Source of the DNA: a virus | Taxonomy: Duplodnaviria; Heunggongvirae; Uroviricota; Caudoviricetes | Reading direction: 5' to 3' (one strand) | DNA: 64,000 nucleotides | Virus record (IMG/VR): IMGVR_UViG_3300032291_003166 | Shown here: in pieces, positions 37,542-48,595 of the stretch | Position numbering within the stretch: the first letter of the stretch is position 1 | How the letters are laid out: the number at the start of each line of letters is the position of its first letter | Notes under the pieces: generated by a model | Database searches by the model: none | What the model saw: only the letters and a program-made list of their open reading frames with translations | Told to the model about the DNA's origin: nothing | Translations under genes and position numbers: made by a program

Positions 37542-38243
37542 ACTATGTTTCCATATATACCCATGAGCTGTTTTTTGCTTTCCACTACAACATGATGATA
37601 TATCTCCACTGTTGATTCCTAATTCTTTAGATGCTGTTTTTAAGGAAGGCCAATGTTTTATTACATTCATATTTAAATCGTATTGTATTATTGGTTTTAA
37701 TCCTTTATCTATTTTATTTTCACTTATTTTTAAGACGTGTTCTTTAGATAATGTTTTACCTGACTTAGATAAACTTTGTTTTTTCTTCCATTCATCATTT
37801 CTAACCACCCCATAATTACCATGTTCATTTCCTTTCTTAGTAATATTATATTTTTGGCCTTTTTTTCTTATTCTAATTTTTTCTTTAGAATCATCGGAGT
37901 ATTTAGTTCCTAAATTATAATTATTACCTTTTTTAGATTGAGATATTTTATTTTTAGTTAAATCTGAGTGTTTGTCAGGGCCATTTCCTCCACTATTTTT
38001 ATTATAAAGAGCATAACCTAAATTTTCATAATATTTAATCCATTTTATTTCTAATGGTTTCCAATCAATCGACATAATAGAATCAACCTCTTCAATAACT
38101 TCAAATTTAATATCATTTCCAAATCTACGTTTATGATGATATTTTCTATGAGATATATTTAATGTTTTTCCAATATACACTGTTTTAGGATCATTATTGA
38201 TATTTGAAATTAAATAAATGTATGTCATGATTGTTATTTTCAA
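37539..38243 (-). CDS. GIY-YIG homing endonuclease (I-TevI-like, with NUMOD3 repeats and C-terminal HTH)
   Basis: YIYLISN...VYIGKT GIY-YIG core, followed by repeated K/S-rich NUMOD3-like units (SQSKKG, SKEKIRIRKKG, SKSGKT). Confidence 0.7.
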   Translation of the reverse strand: MKITIMTYIYLISNINNDPKTVYIGKTLNISHRKYHHKRRFGNDIKFEVIEEVDSIMSIDWKPLEIKWIKYYENLGYALYNKNSGGNGPDKHSDLTKNKISQSKKGNNYNLGTKYSDDSKEKIRIRKKGQKYNITKKGNEHGNYGVVRNDEWKKKQSLSKSGKTLSKEHVLKISENKIDKGLKPIIQYDLNMNVIKHWPSLKTASKELGINSGDISSCCSGKQKTAHGYIWKHS

Positions 38244-38277
38244 TAAATATATAAATTCCTACATTCCTGTCAAGAAT

Positions 38278-39354
38278 TTACTCATAACTATCTCTATCAA
38301 TATTGATCACCTTAGGAAAGCGAGGAACTTTATCTTCTGTTAATTCGAAATATTTGACAGTTGCTTTCTTCCCAATTAATTCATCTCTTTGATTCCATAA
38401 TTCAGTTAAATATTCCCAGGTTCCATTAACAGCAGAATCAAATGGTTTACCATTAATATTAAATTTAAGTTTACCAATTTTTGAACTTAAATTACCTTTT
38501 CCTTCTTCATAACCTAATATTTTAAATTCAGCATCATTAAATGTTTTATATTTTAATAATGATTTAGAACGTTTGTTTTCATAATTTGAATCCGTTCTTA
38601 ATATTTGTCCTTCATATCCGTCAGCCATATAATCAAAATAATAAGCTGATATATCATTCTCATTATCTACTTGTTCTGTTTTAACAACCTGGCATGTTGT
38701 AGGTAAAGATAAACTATTTAATACTCTAAAACGATCAACAAATGTCTTATCAACACTTGGTATATCATAGATATGATATTCAATACACTCAGCACTTAAT
38801 ATTAAATCTTCTGATGTTGGTTTTGTTTTACGAACACATGATATAATTTTATTAAAATCAGCTACATCCTTACTAGCATATAATTCTCCATCTAATATTA
38901 AATCTGGATTTGATTTAAGTAATGGTTTTAGTGATTCAAATATATGAGGTGCAGATATAATTCGTTTACCATTACGTGTCCACATACCATCTTCTTTAAC
39001 AATACATCTAATACCATCTAATTTAGGTTGAGTAAAGATTGGATATTTAATTTTATGTTTATAATCATTATAATCATGAGCTAACATTGGTTTAAAATAA
39101 ACTGGTGTGTCTATTTTATTTATATCTTCCCAATATCCTAACTCAGTACGTTTACGAAACATTGCGTCTGCTTCTCTAACTGCTTGTTCATTAGATGAAT
39201 TATATGATTTGCCTTCGCAACATGTCCATTCTGAAGTAACTTTTTGACCATCTTCAAAACCACTAATTGTTCTGAAGCAATTATCTTTTACTTCAATTCT
39301 CCATGTTGATACTTTACCTGTAACTGATCGCTTATATAAAATTGGATAACTCAT
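38278..39354 (-). CDS. ATP-dependent DNA ligase (T7-like)
   Basis: Motif I KLDGIR and a T7-ligase-like N-terminus. Confidence 0.75.
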   Translation of the reverse strand: MSYPILYKRSVTGKVSTWRIEVKDNCFRTISGFEDGQKVTSEWTCCEGKSYNSSNEQAVREADAMFRKRTELGYWEDINKIDTPVYFKPMLAHDYNDYKHKIKYPIFTQPKLDGIRCIVKEDGMWTRNGKRIISAPHIFESLKPLLKSNPDLILDGELYASKDVADFNKIISCVRKTKPTSEDLILSAECIEYHIYDIPSVDKTFVDRFRVLNSLSLPTTCQVVKTEQVDNENDISAYYFDYMADGYEGQILRTDSNYENKRSKSLLKYKTFNDAEFKILGYEEGKGNLSSKIGKLKFNINGKPFDSAVNGTWEYLTELWNQRDELIGKKATVKYFELTEDKVPRFPKVINIDRDSYE

Positions 39355-39366
39355 AACCTTTATTTT

Positions 39367-39402
39367 TTAATATATTTAAATATAGTAAAGGAATTGAGGT
39401 CA
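39367..39402 (-). promoter_or_regulatory. promoter-like element, variant A
   Basis: Upstream of the DNA ligase gene 38278-39354. Confidence 0.6.
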
Positions 39403-39464
39403 ACTAAACTTACTTATAACCAAGTTATAAGGGTCCATTAATAAAGATACATAAGGGATTAGGG

Positions 39465-40100
39465 TCAGACCTTAGAAATGAATTCACTTCCTGGTTCAAT
39501 TTCAGAACTAGTATTTAATATACCTAAATTACCTAAATGTTCTTTATAATAATCATCTAACTCCCAAGTCACTTCACTTTGATAAGTTGATGGATTATAA
39601 TCTTCAATATGCTGAACTTGTTTATCAGTAAATATATTACCTACATATAAGAAATAATGATTGTAACATAGTAATTCTAAATTTTCTATTCTCCAATTTT
39701 TCTTATTACCATCTTTAAAGTTAAGTATTAAAGGTACTTTATAATCAATTACTCTTCGTTCTGCGAAACCACAGTTAGAACAACATTCTTGTAAATAACT
39801 TTCTTGTATTAACCTGTTTTTTAATTTTTCAGGAGTGTATGAGTCAACTGATACTCTACCTTCTATTATATCTAATAATGCTGGTTCTTTACCTCGGTTA
39901 GGTAAAAATTTAGATATACCTTTGCCTGATTGATTTAAATGTTTTTCAAATAGTGTTATACCATTTTCATCTGTAAAATTTTTAGCATATTGTTTATAAT
40001 GAGTGTATGAACAGTTAAGGTATCTAGCCGCCGCGCGATTAGATTTAGTCATTCTCATTGCTCGCTCTATATCATCTTTTAGAAATGGTTTTGGTTTCAT
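39465..40100 (-). CDS. HNH homing endonuclease with N-terminal HTH
   Basis: CSNCGF...NLELLCYNH HNH motif. Confidence 0.6.
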   Translation of the reverse strand: MKPKPFLKDDIERAMRMTKSNRAAARYLNCSYTHYKQYAKNFTDENGITLFEKHLNQSGKGISKFLPNRGKEPALLDIIEGRVSVDSYTPEKLKNRLIQESYLQECCSNCGFAERRVIDYKVPLILNFKDGNKKNWRIENLELLCYNHYFLYVGNIFTDKQVQHIEDYNPSTYQSEVTWELDDYYKEHLGNLGILNTSSEIEPGSEFISKV

Positions 40101-40102
40101 AA

Positions 40103-40519
40103 CTATTTAACGTCTGGATTATTTTTTAAGTTAACTAAAATATTCCATATGTCATCAGGTGTTTCTGAAGGTACTACATTATCGTTTTCATCATATAAAT
40201 CATTTATTGATCCATCTGGATTAAATTTATCATATAAATAAAAACTAATTACTTCATAACCTTCTTTACCAAAATGTAAAAGTATAAGTGAATCTATTAC
40301 TTGTAAAAACATCTCATCATAACTAGTAAGATCAATTTTTAATTCAGTTTGTGTTAAATGTGATCTGACTTGAGTGGCTTGAATATTTAAAAGTATTCCA
40401 TTAAATAAATCTTTTTGTTTATCAATATGGGCTTTCTTTTTACGTTTAACTGTAGAATTAATTTGGAGTAATTCATCTACTGCTTTCTTTATATCGTCAA
40501 AACTACTACCTTGTCTCAT
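40103..40519 (-). CDS. hypothetical protein
   Basis: 138 aa ORF. Confidence 0.45.
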   Translation of the reverse strand: MRQGSSFDDIKKAVDELLQINSTVKRKKKAHIDKQKDLFNGILLNIQATQVRSHLTQTELKIDLTSYDEMFLQVIDSLILLHFGKEGYEVISFYLYDKFNPDGSINDLYDENDNVVPSETPDDIWNILVNLKNNPDVK

Positions 40520-40833
40520 TTTATTTTATCTATTAATGTTTTAATTTCAATACATTTTTCATATTGTTCATCTACTTCAAACCATTTTAAACAAGATTCC
40601 AAAGCTGGGACCCACTGTTGTTTATTAAGTTCAATTAACATTTCTGTGTTACTGATAGTGAATAATACTGCTGTTTTTCTTTTATTATTAATAGCATCAT
40701 TAATACCTGCTAATGTTTCTTGGTATACTGCTTTTGAGAATACATCATTATTAATAATACTATTAACATCTACTTCACCATCACCATTAATAGTTAATAC
40801 CATTTTAGGAATTATTCTAGTTTTCTTAGCCAT
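40516..40833 (-). CDS. hypothetical protein
   Basis: 105 aa ORF, last gene of the glycosylation operon. Confidence 0.45.
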   Translation of the reverse strand: MAKKTRIIPKMVLTINGDGEVDVNSIINNDVFSKAVYQETLAGINDAINNKRKTAVLFTISNTEMLIELNKQQWVPALESCLKWFEVDEQYEKCIEIKTLIDKIK

Positions 40834-40839
40834 AATATA

Positions 40840-42024
40840 TTATTTACTATAAATATGAACTAGATTCTGTTCATAAGTATTCATAGCATTAATTTTAATT
40901 TTGAATATATCTAATTCAAATTCTCCTATTTCACCTGATTCAGCTATGATTTCTGGTAGTTGAGTTAATATATTAAATGCATCTTGGTTTAAGTATTGAG
41001 CGTCAAATTCTACTATAATATCTTCTTTAGGGGTATTATATTTTGTTACTTTAATTTTAGATTTTAAATCAACTTTAGTATGAGGTTGTTCATTTTCATA
41101 ATAAGCTGCTTCTAATACTCCCATTTCATCATCAAGGTATATTGTATCACACCATGGTTCTAGAGTTGCTAACATATTTAAATTACAAGTACTAACTACA
41201 AATGCAATATTATATTTGGGAGGTATAATTGGTTTCATAAATGAATCATGTTTTACAAAATGTCCCCACTTACGAATAAAATTTCTAGCATTTTTACTTG
41301 TTGTATGTAACCACTCCTCACTATTCTTACCAGCACTACCTCCAGCATGTTTATTAAATCTACTACCTCGGCTAGTAAAATGATACACTAAAGCATCCCA
41401 TGATTGAATTACTTTATATCCTTTTAATATAAAACGATTAAATAAATCACTATCCTCTTTAGACTGTGGAGCAAATAATTCATCATGTCCTCCAATAGCT
41501 AAAAAATCATCTTTATACATACACCATGGTGCAAATATACCTTCAGTTACTTTATCTTTATTTAATACTTCATTTTGTGAAGACCATTCATACCAATTAT
41601 CTTTAAACTCATCAGCTTCAATCCCAAAGTCCATAGTTATTTTTTCTGGTCCTGAAGGATGTAATGGTGGTTCAACCCTAGTAGCACTTACTACTATACC
41701 TGGTTTTAGATGTTTTAAAATATTACTATCTAAATTAGGTGAAGCAACCATATCAGCATGAAAAGCAAATATAATATCTGTTCGAGCCATTTCAATCCCT
41801 TTATCAAACATTCCTACTATACCAATACGTTCTGGGCCTGGATTGTGATATGTTATTAAATCGTTGTCATCTAGTTGTTTAATCCAATCTTGTGTGCCGT
41901 CTACACTCGCGTCATCTAAAACTAATATTTCATGTTTAGTTTTTAAATTACGAATTGATTTATAAGCTAATTGTAAAAATTCTAAATTGTTTCTACTTGG
42001 TAATACAAATGTTATTTTTTGCAT
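40840..42024 (-). CDS. family-2 glycosyltransferase
   Basis: VLPSRN...LVLDDASVDGT, a GT-A DxD signature. Confidence 0.65.
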   Translation of the reverse strand: MQKITFVLPSRNNLEFLQLAYKSIRNLKTKHEILVLDDASVDGTQDWIKQLDDNDLITYHNPGPERIGIVGMFDKGIEMARTDIIFAFHADMVASPNLDSNILKHLKPGIVVSATRVEPPLHPSGPEKITMDFGIEADEFKDNWYEWSSQNEVLNKDKVTEGIFAPWCMYKDDFLAIGGHDELFAPQSKEDSDLFNRFILKGYKVIQSWDALVYHFTSRGSRFNKHAGGSAGKNSEEWLHTTSKNARNFIRKWGHFVKHDSFMKPIIPPKYNIAFVVSTCNLNMLATLEPWCDTIYLDDEMGVLEAAYYENEQPHTKVDLKSKIKVTKYNTPKEDIIVEFDAQYLNQDAFNILTQLPEIIAESGEIGEFELDIFKIKINAMNTYEQNLVHIYSK

Positions 42025-42857
42025 AAATAATTTTTAATATAATCTTCTATATTTAATTTTGGATCCCATCCTAATAATTCTTTAGCTGATGTATCATCAC
42101 ATAATGTGATAAGTGCTTCTCCTGGTTTGTCATCTTTATATATAATTTCTTTACCAAACATATCAGCTATGTCTTTAATAGAATAATTCCATCCTCTACC
42201 TAGTTCGAATATATGTCCCCATTTCTGCTTCTCCAAAATTAAAGTTAAAGCATCTACAATATCATCAACATGAGTAAAATCTCTACGTTTTGTACCATCA
42301 CCATATATTGTTAATGGTTTATTTTTTTCAATACATTTTTCCCAAGCACCGATTAAAGTAGTATAACCGCCTTCTTTTAAATGGTATGGACCATAAACAT
42401 TATAAAATCTAGCTATTGAAGCATTAAGGTTAAAATGTGTTTGATATAGATAAATTATTTCCTCACCTATATCTTTACTAAATGTATACGGATTTTTAAA
42501 TTTGCCTGAATGGTGAGATGAACTACCCGCGTATATTAATGGTATATTATTCTCTGAACAATATTTAGCTAATTTAAAAGTAGCATTAGCGTTAGTTGTA
42601 AAGTAACTATATGGATCTTCAAATGATGGTTGTATTCTAGCTATAGCTGCTAAATGATATATTACATCTGGTTTCCAGTATGAATAATCATCTATATTTC
42701 TAATATCAAAATTAATATACTCTGCTCCATCCTGATGGTTTGATTTTAAACCAGTGTTGTAATTATCTAATGACACTACATCATAACCTTTACTTAATAA
42801 TTTTTTAATTAAATTAGTTCCTATAAAACCCGCTCCACCTGTAACTAATATTTTCAT
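42012..42857 (-). CDS. NAD-dependent nucleotide-sugar epimerase/dehydratase (SDR)
   Basis: MKILVTGGAGFIG Rossmann motif and YTFSK (YxxxK). Confidence 0.65.
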   Translation of the reverse strand: MKILVTGGAGFIGTNLIKKLLSKGYDVVSLDNYNTGLKSNHQDGAEYINFDIRNIDDYSYWKPDVIYHLAAIARIQPSFEDPYSYFTTNANATFKLAKYCSENNIPLIYAGSSSHHSGKFKNPYTFSKDIGEEIIYLYQTHFNLNASIARFYNVYGPYHLKEGGYTTLIGAWEKCIEKNKPLTIYGDGTKRRDFTHVDDIVDALTLILEKQKWGHIFELGRGWNYSIKDIADMFGKEIIYKDDKPGEALITLCDDTSAKELLGWDPKLNIEDYIKNYLCKK

Positions 42858-43741
42858 ATATATTGTTGAATTAAATCATTATAACGTTTAGCTGTTTGTT
42901 TTGGACTTAAATATTCTTTAATATTTTTCATATTATCTCTATAGTAGTTAATTTGATTCATATTCATTCCTCTAATCCAATCCATTTTATTTCTGAATTC
43001 ATCTTCATTATTGATATAAAATTCATAAGACTCACCTACTATATCTACTACTGATTCTTCTCTACTGGTTAATAATATTGATTCAAAACAAGATGCTACA
43101 GCTAATTTAGTACATGGTTTATAAAAATAATCTAATGTATTGTTTTCTCTAAAACTACTATGAATATTGTATTTAGTATGTTGATCATTACCATTTACTG
43201 TATTATCAAATACATCTACATATCCAATTAATTTATTTTTATCTAATTGGAATCCATTTAATCCTCCTATATAAGAAGCTATTTTAGTATTAGTAATATT
43301 TGGTGTTAGTAAATCTTCATTATCTATATCCCATTGGTGAGGAATAACAATATGTTTAACATTAATTAAATATTCTTCTGCTTTAATTTTAGAATATGAA
43401 TTAGTATGTATGATAACATCTAAATAGCTATAATAATCAATTAAATCACTATTATAAAATATATTAGTATGATTAAAGCAAAAATTATCTATCACATCGT
43501 ATATTAAAACATTATTATTTTTACTTAATGTTTCTAACATTTGATGATTTACTATATGTAAAGGCTCACCTACAAAAACTATTATATAATTTTTAATATC
43601 ATTAATTGTTTTTAAAAATGTATCACGTAACACATAAGGTATTTTTATATCATTATATTTTTCTAATGCTTGTACTGTTTGTAAGCCTCTCATCTTACAA
43701 GCCCCAGATGTACTATGTCCTACAAAAACTACATTTCTCAT
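42854..43741 (-). CDS. hypothetical protein in glycosylation island
   Basis: 295 aa ORF. Confidence 0.45.
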   Translation of the reverse strand: MRNVVFVGHSTSGACKMRGLQTVQALEKYNDIKIPYVLRDTFLKTINDIKNYIIVFVGEPLHIVNHQMLETLSKNNNVLIYDVIDNFCFNHTNIFYNSDLIDYYSYLDVIIHTNSYSKIKAEEYLINVKHIVIPHQWDIDNEDLLTPNITNTKIASYIGGLNGFQLDKNKLIGYVDVFDNTVNGNDQHTKYNIHSSFRENNTLDYFYKPCTKLAVASCFESILLTSREESVVDIVGESYEFYINNEDEFRNKMDWIRGMNMNQINYYRDNMKNIKEYLSPKQTAKRYNDLIQQYI

Positions 43742-44415
43742 AACTCATTAAATAATTTATATTCTAATTCAAAATTATCTTTTAAATATAAAAGTATATT
43801 TTTAAAATTTAAATAATTTTCTTCAGTCCAATTATTTTTATTGTGTTCTCCCCATATATGAGATTGAAAATAAATAGTGTTATTAATTATAGTTACAGAT
43901 TCATCATTATGAATTGAACTTTCACCCTGAAATATTTTATTATTTACTTTTATATTATTATTAAGGTGAGTATGAATAGCTGTGTATTTAAATACTTCAC
44001 TAACTGCATCAAAACTACCTTGTGTTGCTAACCAACCTGGCATTCTCCATCCTGTAGGTATATGACCTGCTTGAGTCCATTCATTTAAACTATCTTGTAA
44101 TCTATCTTTAGCTTGATTATAATCTAATTCTATAAATTCACATTCCCTACAACCTGGATCTACAACTGTACGTTTATGATAATGACCATGTCCTGCTAAT
44201 TCAATCCAATCATATTGTAACCAATATTGTATCCAATCTTTATGTTGTGATAAAGGAAATTTATCATGATAATTTGAAGGTGTAAATAAAACAAATTTAC
44301 ATCCAAATTCTTTATTTAGTTCTTTTAAATATTCTACTGATTGATCACCTTCACATCCCCAATTTTGTTCTGGGTGAGTATCATCAATAGCAATTATTAT
44401 ATCTAATTTATTCAT
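43738..44415 (-). CDS. hypothetical protein in glycosylation island (His-cluster, possible hydrolase/deacetylase)
   Basis: 225 aa with HGHYH. Confidence 0.3.
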   Translation of the reverse strand: MNKLDIIIAIDDTHPEQNWGCEGDQSVEYLKELNKEFGCKFVLFTPSNYHDKFPLSQHKDWIQYWLQYDWIELAGHGHYHKRTVVDPGCRECEFIELDYNQAKDRLQDSLNEWTQAGHIPTGWRMPGWLATQGSFDAVSEVFKYTAIHTHLNNNIKVNNKIFQGESSIHNDESVTIINNTIYFQSHIWGEHNKNNWTEENYLNFKNILLYLKDNFELEYKLFNEL

Positions 44416-45362
44416 AGTGAATTAAAATAATTTTCCATTTTGATTAAGAATTGATTTTCACTAATTAAATTTCTATAATTACCTCTAGCATCAATAGAAC
44501 ATTCTTTATAGAACGATTCATTATTTTTTAATTCAATAGCTAATTTTCTAGCTGATTCTAAATCACCTAAACCAACACTTAATTTAGGATGTATTTTTCT
44601 TTGAGTATCAGCTTCATTATACCCAATACATGGTATACCTAAAAAACCACAGTTCATAGCAAATGTACCAGCTGCTATTGTAGGCATTAAGTGTATAGCA
44701 TATTTAAACTCTGCTAAAGCATAAATCCATTCATTCCATTGTAAATAAGGTAAATGAGTCACTAATTGTTCTTCATTTGGTTGTTTACGACCCATACTAG
44801 GACAATATATAGGTAAATCAAATTCAGTAGCAACAACATAACTATCAAAGCCACCATACCATCTAGTAAAATTACCTCCAACTATAACTTTATCTTGTTT
44901 TTCAATTAATCTAGCATTTAAAACACTATCCTCAACCATTAATGAAGGTATATCTTGAATTGGTATTTTAGGATTAATACCTTTAAAATAAGGTATATCA
45001 GTTTCATTTTCAGTTAATATACCATCTACATTAGTCAATAAATTATAATGCCATATTTGCTGATGTACTGGTAAGTCTTGATAAATCCAACTTGGACCTT
45101 CTTGCATAAATAACACTTTATCAGCTATTTTTCTTGCTTCAGTTACTACATCTATTTCATATAATTTATCTCTATCAACAGGAGTTTTAGGTATTAATAA
45201 AATTGCTATATCATATTTTGCTTTTACATTATTAATATTAAATAATGAATAATGATCAGCTTGTAAAGCACACATTTGAGCAAATTCTACTCTCATATTA
45301 TTATGAGTTCTAGGTACTTTGCTAGTGAAATCCATTTGGGATAAAAAAATAATTTTTTTCAT
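44412..45362 (-). CDS. hypothetical protein in glycosylation island (possible GT-B-like)
   Basis: 316 aa ORF. Confidence 0.35.
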   Translation of the reverse strand: MKKIIFLSQMDFTSKVPRTHNNMRVEFAQMCALQADHYSLFNINNVKAKYDIAILLIPKTPVDRDKLYEIDVVTEARKIADKVLFMQEGPSWIYQDLPVHQQIWHYNLLTNVDGILTENETDIPYFKGINPKIPIQDIPSLMVEDSVLNARLIEKQDKVIVGGNFTRWYGGFDSYVVATEFDLPIYCPSMGRKQPNEEQLVTHLPYLQWNEWIYALAEFKYAIHLMPTIAAGTFAMNCGFLGIPCIGYNEADTQRKIHPKLSVGLGDLESARKLAIELKNNESFYKECSIDARGNYRNLISENQFLIKMENYFNSL

Positions 45363-45991
45363 TTTATTTCATTTAAGGGCATTTTATTACTATCATCTAA
45401 AGTTAATAATAATTTATCATTATCGTTGATTTGAGGATGCCATTCTTTAAAAGATAATTTTAATTCTTCTAATTTTTCAAATATAGCATCTTGTTTATAA
45501 CCTAAATATTTTATAATATATTCTCTAGGAAATTTATCTAAATGCCACTCACCCCATAATTCATTAATATAACTTAAAATATTAGTTTGGGTTAAGTGAT
45601 ATAATACATCATACTCAGCTCCTTCAATATCTAATTTTAATATAATATAATCATCTGAGTTAAAGTTATTTTTTATAAATTCTGATAAATCTATTGATTT
45701 GACTTCATTATATAAATTTTGATCGATTTTTCTATCTGATTTTTCTAAATATAAAGTTGAAGCATCACTCCATTCAGTTGAAATATATATTTTAACTATA
45801 TCTTCTTTATCCCATACAGCATTATTATATAAATGAACTTTAGAATCATTACTCCATTTATCAATTAATTTATCATATAATATAGGTACAGCTTCAAAGG
45901 AATATATTTCAATATCAGAACCAAATTGTTTTTTAGCTCCAACTATTGATTGCCCTCTATTTGCTCCACAGTCTAAAAATATTTTTCTCAT
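45359..45991 (-). CDS. FkbM-family methyltransferase
   Basis: MRKIFLDCGANRGQS N-terminal motif typical of FkbM methyltransferases. Confidence 0.5.
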   Translation of the reverse strand: MRKIFLDCGANRGQSIVGAKKQFGSDIEIYSFEAVPILYDKLIDKWSNDSKVHLYNNAVWDKEDIVKIYISTEWSDASTLYLEKSDRKIDQNLYNEVKSIDLSEFIKNNFNSDDYIILKLDIEGAEYDVLYHLTQTNILSYINELWGEWHLDKFPREYIIKYLGYKQDAIFEKLEELKLSFKEWHPQINDNDKLLLTLDDSNKMPLNEIK

Positions 45992-47106
45992 ACTGATAAT
46001 ATACTATTATTTAACTCGATTGCCAAATCTATTGTTTGATCCATATTTAAGTATTTATAACTTCCCATTCGTCCTCCAAAATAAACATTAGATTCATTTT
46101 TAATTAAATCAAAATACTTACTATATATTACTTGATTTTTATCATCATTAACTGGGTAATATGATTCTTTACCTATACTCCAGTCATCAGGATATTCTTT
46201 AGTAATAACAGTAAATGGTTGAGTACCAAATTCAAAGTGTTTATGTTCTATAATTCTAGTAAATGAATATTTTTCTTCAGGGTAACTCATCATAAATGTA
46301 CCTTGATAATCAGGTATATTTAAACGTTCATGTTCAAAGATTAATGAACGATATTCTAAAGGACCAAATTGATAATTAAAATATCTATCTATAGGACCAG
46401 TATAAATTATTTTATCAGCTAATGAATTAAAATATTCTTTATTTTCTAGATAGTCTATATTTAATTTTACTTCTATATTTTTGCTTAAATTTTCAAATAG
46501 TAAAGTATAATTTGGAATGCCTTGATATGGATTATAATAATAACTATCTTCAAATGTTAATCTAAAGGTTTGACGTTTTAAAATATTAGCTGGGATGTCT
46601 TTAGGATCTTTATTCCATTGTTTTTTTAAATAACCCTCATAAAATATAGAATATAATTCAGGACCTACTAATTGTAGTCCCCATTCATAAGCGTTTTTAG
46701 GATCAGGATATAATTCTTTATAAGGTTTAGTTACTTCTTCAATTTTAGCTTTAGCCTCATCTGGAGTGAGCACACCATAAACTTGATGTAGTGTTAATAG
46801 ATTAATAGGAAATGAATATATTGTATCCTTATATCTTAATTTGGGTCTACATGAAAAATGATTTACTGTAGTATATTTTTGTATAAATTCCCAAATATGT
46901 TTTTTATCAGTATTAAAAATATGAGGACCATATTTATGTACTTTAATACTATCTACATCTTCTGTATAACAATTGCCACCAATATGATCTCGTTTATCTA
47001 TAATTAAACAAGTTTTACCAGCATCAGTTAATAAACGAGCATTTACTAAACCATATAGTCCTGCTCCAACTATTAAGTAATCGTATTTATTTTTTAAAGT
47101 ATTCAT
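45988..47106 (-). CDS. glf: UDP-galactopyranose mutase
   Basis: YDYLIVGAGLYGLV...IDKRDHIGGNCYTE FAD motif, and colinearity with bacterial Glf along the whole length (HKYGPHIF, YTGPIDRYF, GPLEYRSL, YPVND). Confidence 0.9.
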   Translation of the reverse strand: MNTLKNKYDYLIVGAGLYGLVNARLLTDAGKTCLIIDKRDHIGGNCYTEDVDSIKVHKYGPHIFNTDKKHIWEFIQKYTTVNHFSCRPKLRYKDTIYSFPINLLTLHQVYGVLTPDEAKAKIEEVTKPYKELYPDPKNAYEWGLQLVGPELYSIFYEGYLKKQWNKDPKDIPANILKRQTFRLTFEDSYYYNPYQGIPNYTLLFENLSKNIEVKLNIDYLENKEYFNSLADKIIYTGPIDRYFNYQFGPLEYRSLIFEHERLNIPDYQGTFMMSYPEEKYSFTRIIEHKHFEFGTQPFTVITKEYPDDWSIGKESYYPVNDDKNQVIYSKYFDLIKNESNVYFGGRMGSYKYLNMDQTIDLAIELNNSILSV

Positions 47107-47986
47107 CTAAGTATTCATGTAAACAAATTTTCCAAGTTCTCATATAATTTTTATCTAACTTATTTAAATTAGCATTAATTAATTTTTCTGAATATGGTCT
47201 TGGAGCGAAATATTCTTGTTTAAAATGATCACTTTCTACTTTATGGATTACAACATCTAGATTAAGATGTTCTTTAATTGCTACTGCTGTTTCATATCTA
47301 CTAGCCTCACCTTGACTTACCATATTATATAAACCATATGGTAAATTTTCATCTATATGTCTTATTATTGAGTAAGCAAAATCTTTAGTATAAGTAGGTA
47401 CTCCTAATTTATCATCTACAACATATAATTCTTTAGCACCCGCTTCAATTTGTTTCATTATTTTATTAACAAATTTCTTATCTTTATCTGGTCCACCACC
47501 CATCATCCAACCTGCTCTGAATATCCAATATTTTTCGTAATCTTGATTTTGTAATAATTGTTCTACATAATATTTACTCTTACCATAAGCACTTAATGGA
47601 TATGGTTTATCATCTTCAGTATAGAATTCTTTATCATTACCAAATATACCTGCTGTGCTAATGAATACATAAGGTACATTTAAATCTTTAGCTAAATTAA
47701 ATAAGTGAATTGCAGCAATTGTATTTGTTAAATAACAATCATCTTTTTCTTGTTCAGCATACTCTAAATCTACTATAGCAGCAAAATTTAAAATTATATC
47801 TGGTTTGAATTCATTTACTAGTTTAGATGTATGTTCTAAATCTCTTATATCACAATAAACAATATTGTTTGAATTTGATAAATCCTTATCTGTGAGTAAA
47901 TAATCTTCAGTATCAAACATACTCTGTAATGTGGTACCTAACATTCCGTTAGCACCTGCTATAAACATTTTATTATATGGTATCAT
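47087..47986 (-). CDS. NAD(P)-dependent sugar reductase/epimerase (RmlD-like)
   Basis: FIAGANGMLG Rossmann motif and YGKSK (YxxxK). Confidence 0.55.
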   Translation of the reverse strand: MIPYNKMFIAGANGMLGTTLQSMFDTEDYLLTDKDLSNSNNIVYCDIRDLEHTSKLVNEFKPDIILNFAAIVDLEYAEQEKDDCYLTNTIAAIHLFNLAKDLNVPYVFISTAGIFGNDKEFYTEDDKPYPLSAYGKSKYYVEQLLQNQDYEKYWIFRAGWMMGGGPDKDKKFVNKIMKQIEAGAKELYVVDDKLGVPTYTKDFAYSIIRHIDENLPYGLYNMVSQGEASRYETAVAIKEHLNLDVVIHKVESDHFKQEYFAPRPYSEKLINANLNKLDKNYMRTWKICLHEYLDEYFKK

Positions 47987-48590
47987 AATAATTATTTTGA
48001 TGTTCTTGTTTTTCTATTGATTTATGATGTTTTATACAATAAATTTCATCTGTTGGTAGTAATGTATAATTTTTATGCCCAGTTATAACCTCATGAACTT
48101 TACTAGCCCAATTTATTTTAGGAGAGTTTTGTAATATACGAGTTTGATAATCTGGAAAATTGATCCATCCTTTTTCATTTATACTCCATCTCCATTTAGT
48201 TATGTGATTTTGAGTTAAACCATCTACTGTATTAATTCTAGGGACTAAAAATAAATCAACTGTTGGATTTTCTTGTAATAGTAAATGTATAGATTGAATA
48301 AATTCTTCATCCAATAACTCATCAGCATCAATCTGATAAATCCAATCTCCATTACAATGTTGTTTTAAATTATTTTTAAATGAAGAAAAATTAGCATTAA
48401 GTGGAAATTCAATAACCTTTATTTGTCCTTCATATTTTCTTAAAACTGAATATACTTCTTGAGTAGTGTTACCTTGATCACATTGAACTACTATCTCATC
48501 TTCTGATCTTTTAAACTTAGTAAGCTGAGTTAGTAGTTTATCTATTTCTAGATGTTCAATACAAACAGGTATAGCGTAACTGATTATCAT
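47973..48590 (-). CDS. small GT-A-like glycosyltransferase
   Basis: IDADELLDEE DxD-like motif in 205 aa. Confidence 0.35.
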   Translation of the reverse strand: MIISYAIPVCIEHLEIDKLLTQLTKFKRSEDEIVVQCDQGNTTQEVYSVLRKYEGQIKVIEFPLNANFSSFKNNLKQHCNGDWIYQIDADELLDEEFIQSIHLLLQENPTVDLFLVPRINTVDGLTQNHITKWRWSINEKGWINFPDYQTRILQNSPKINWASKVHEVITGHKNYTLLPTDEIYCIKHHKSIEKQEHQNNYYDTI

Positions 48591-48595
48591 ATTTT

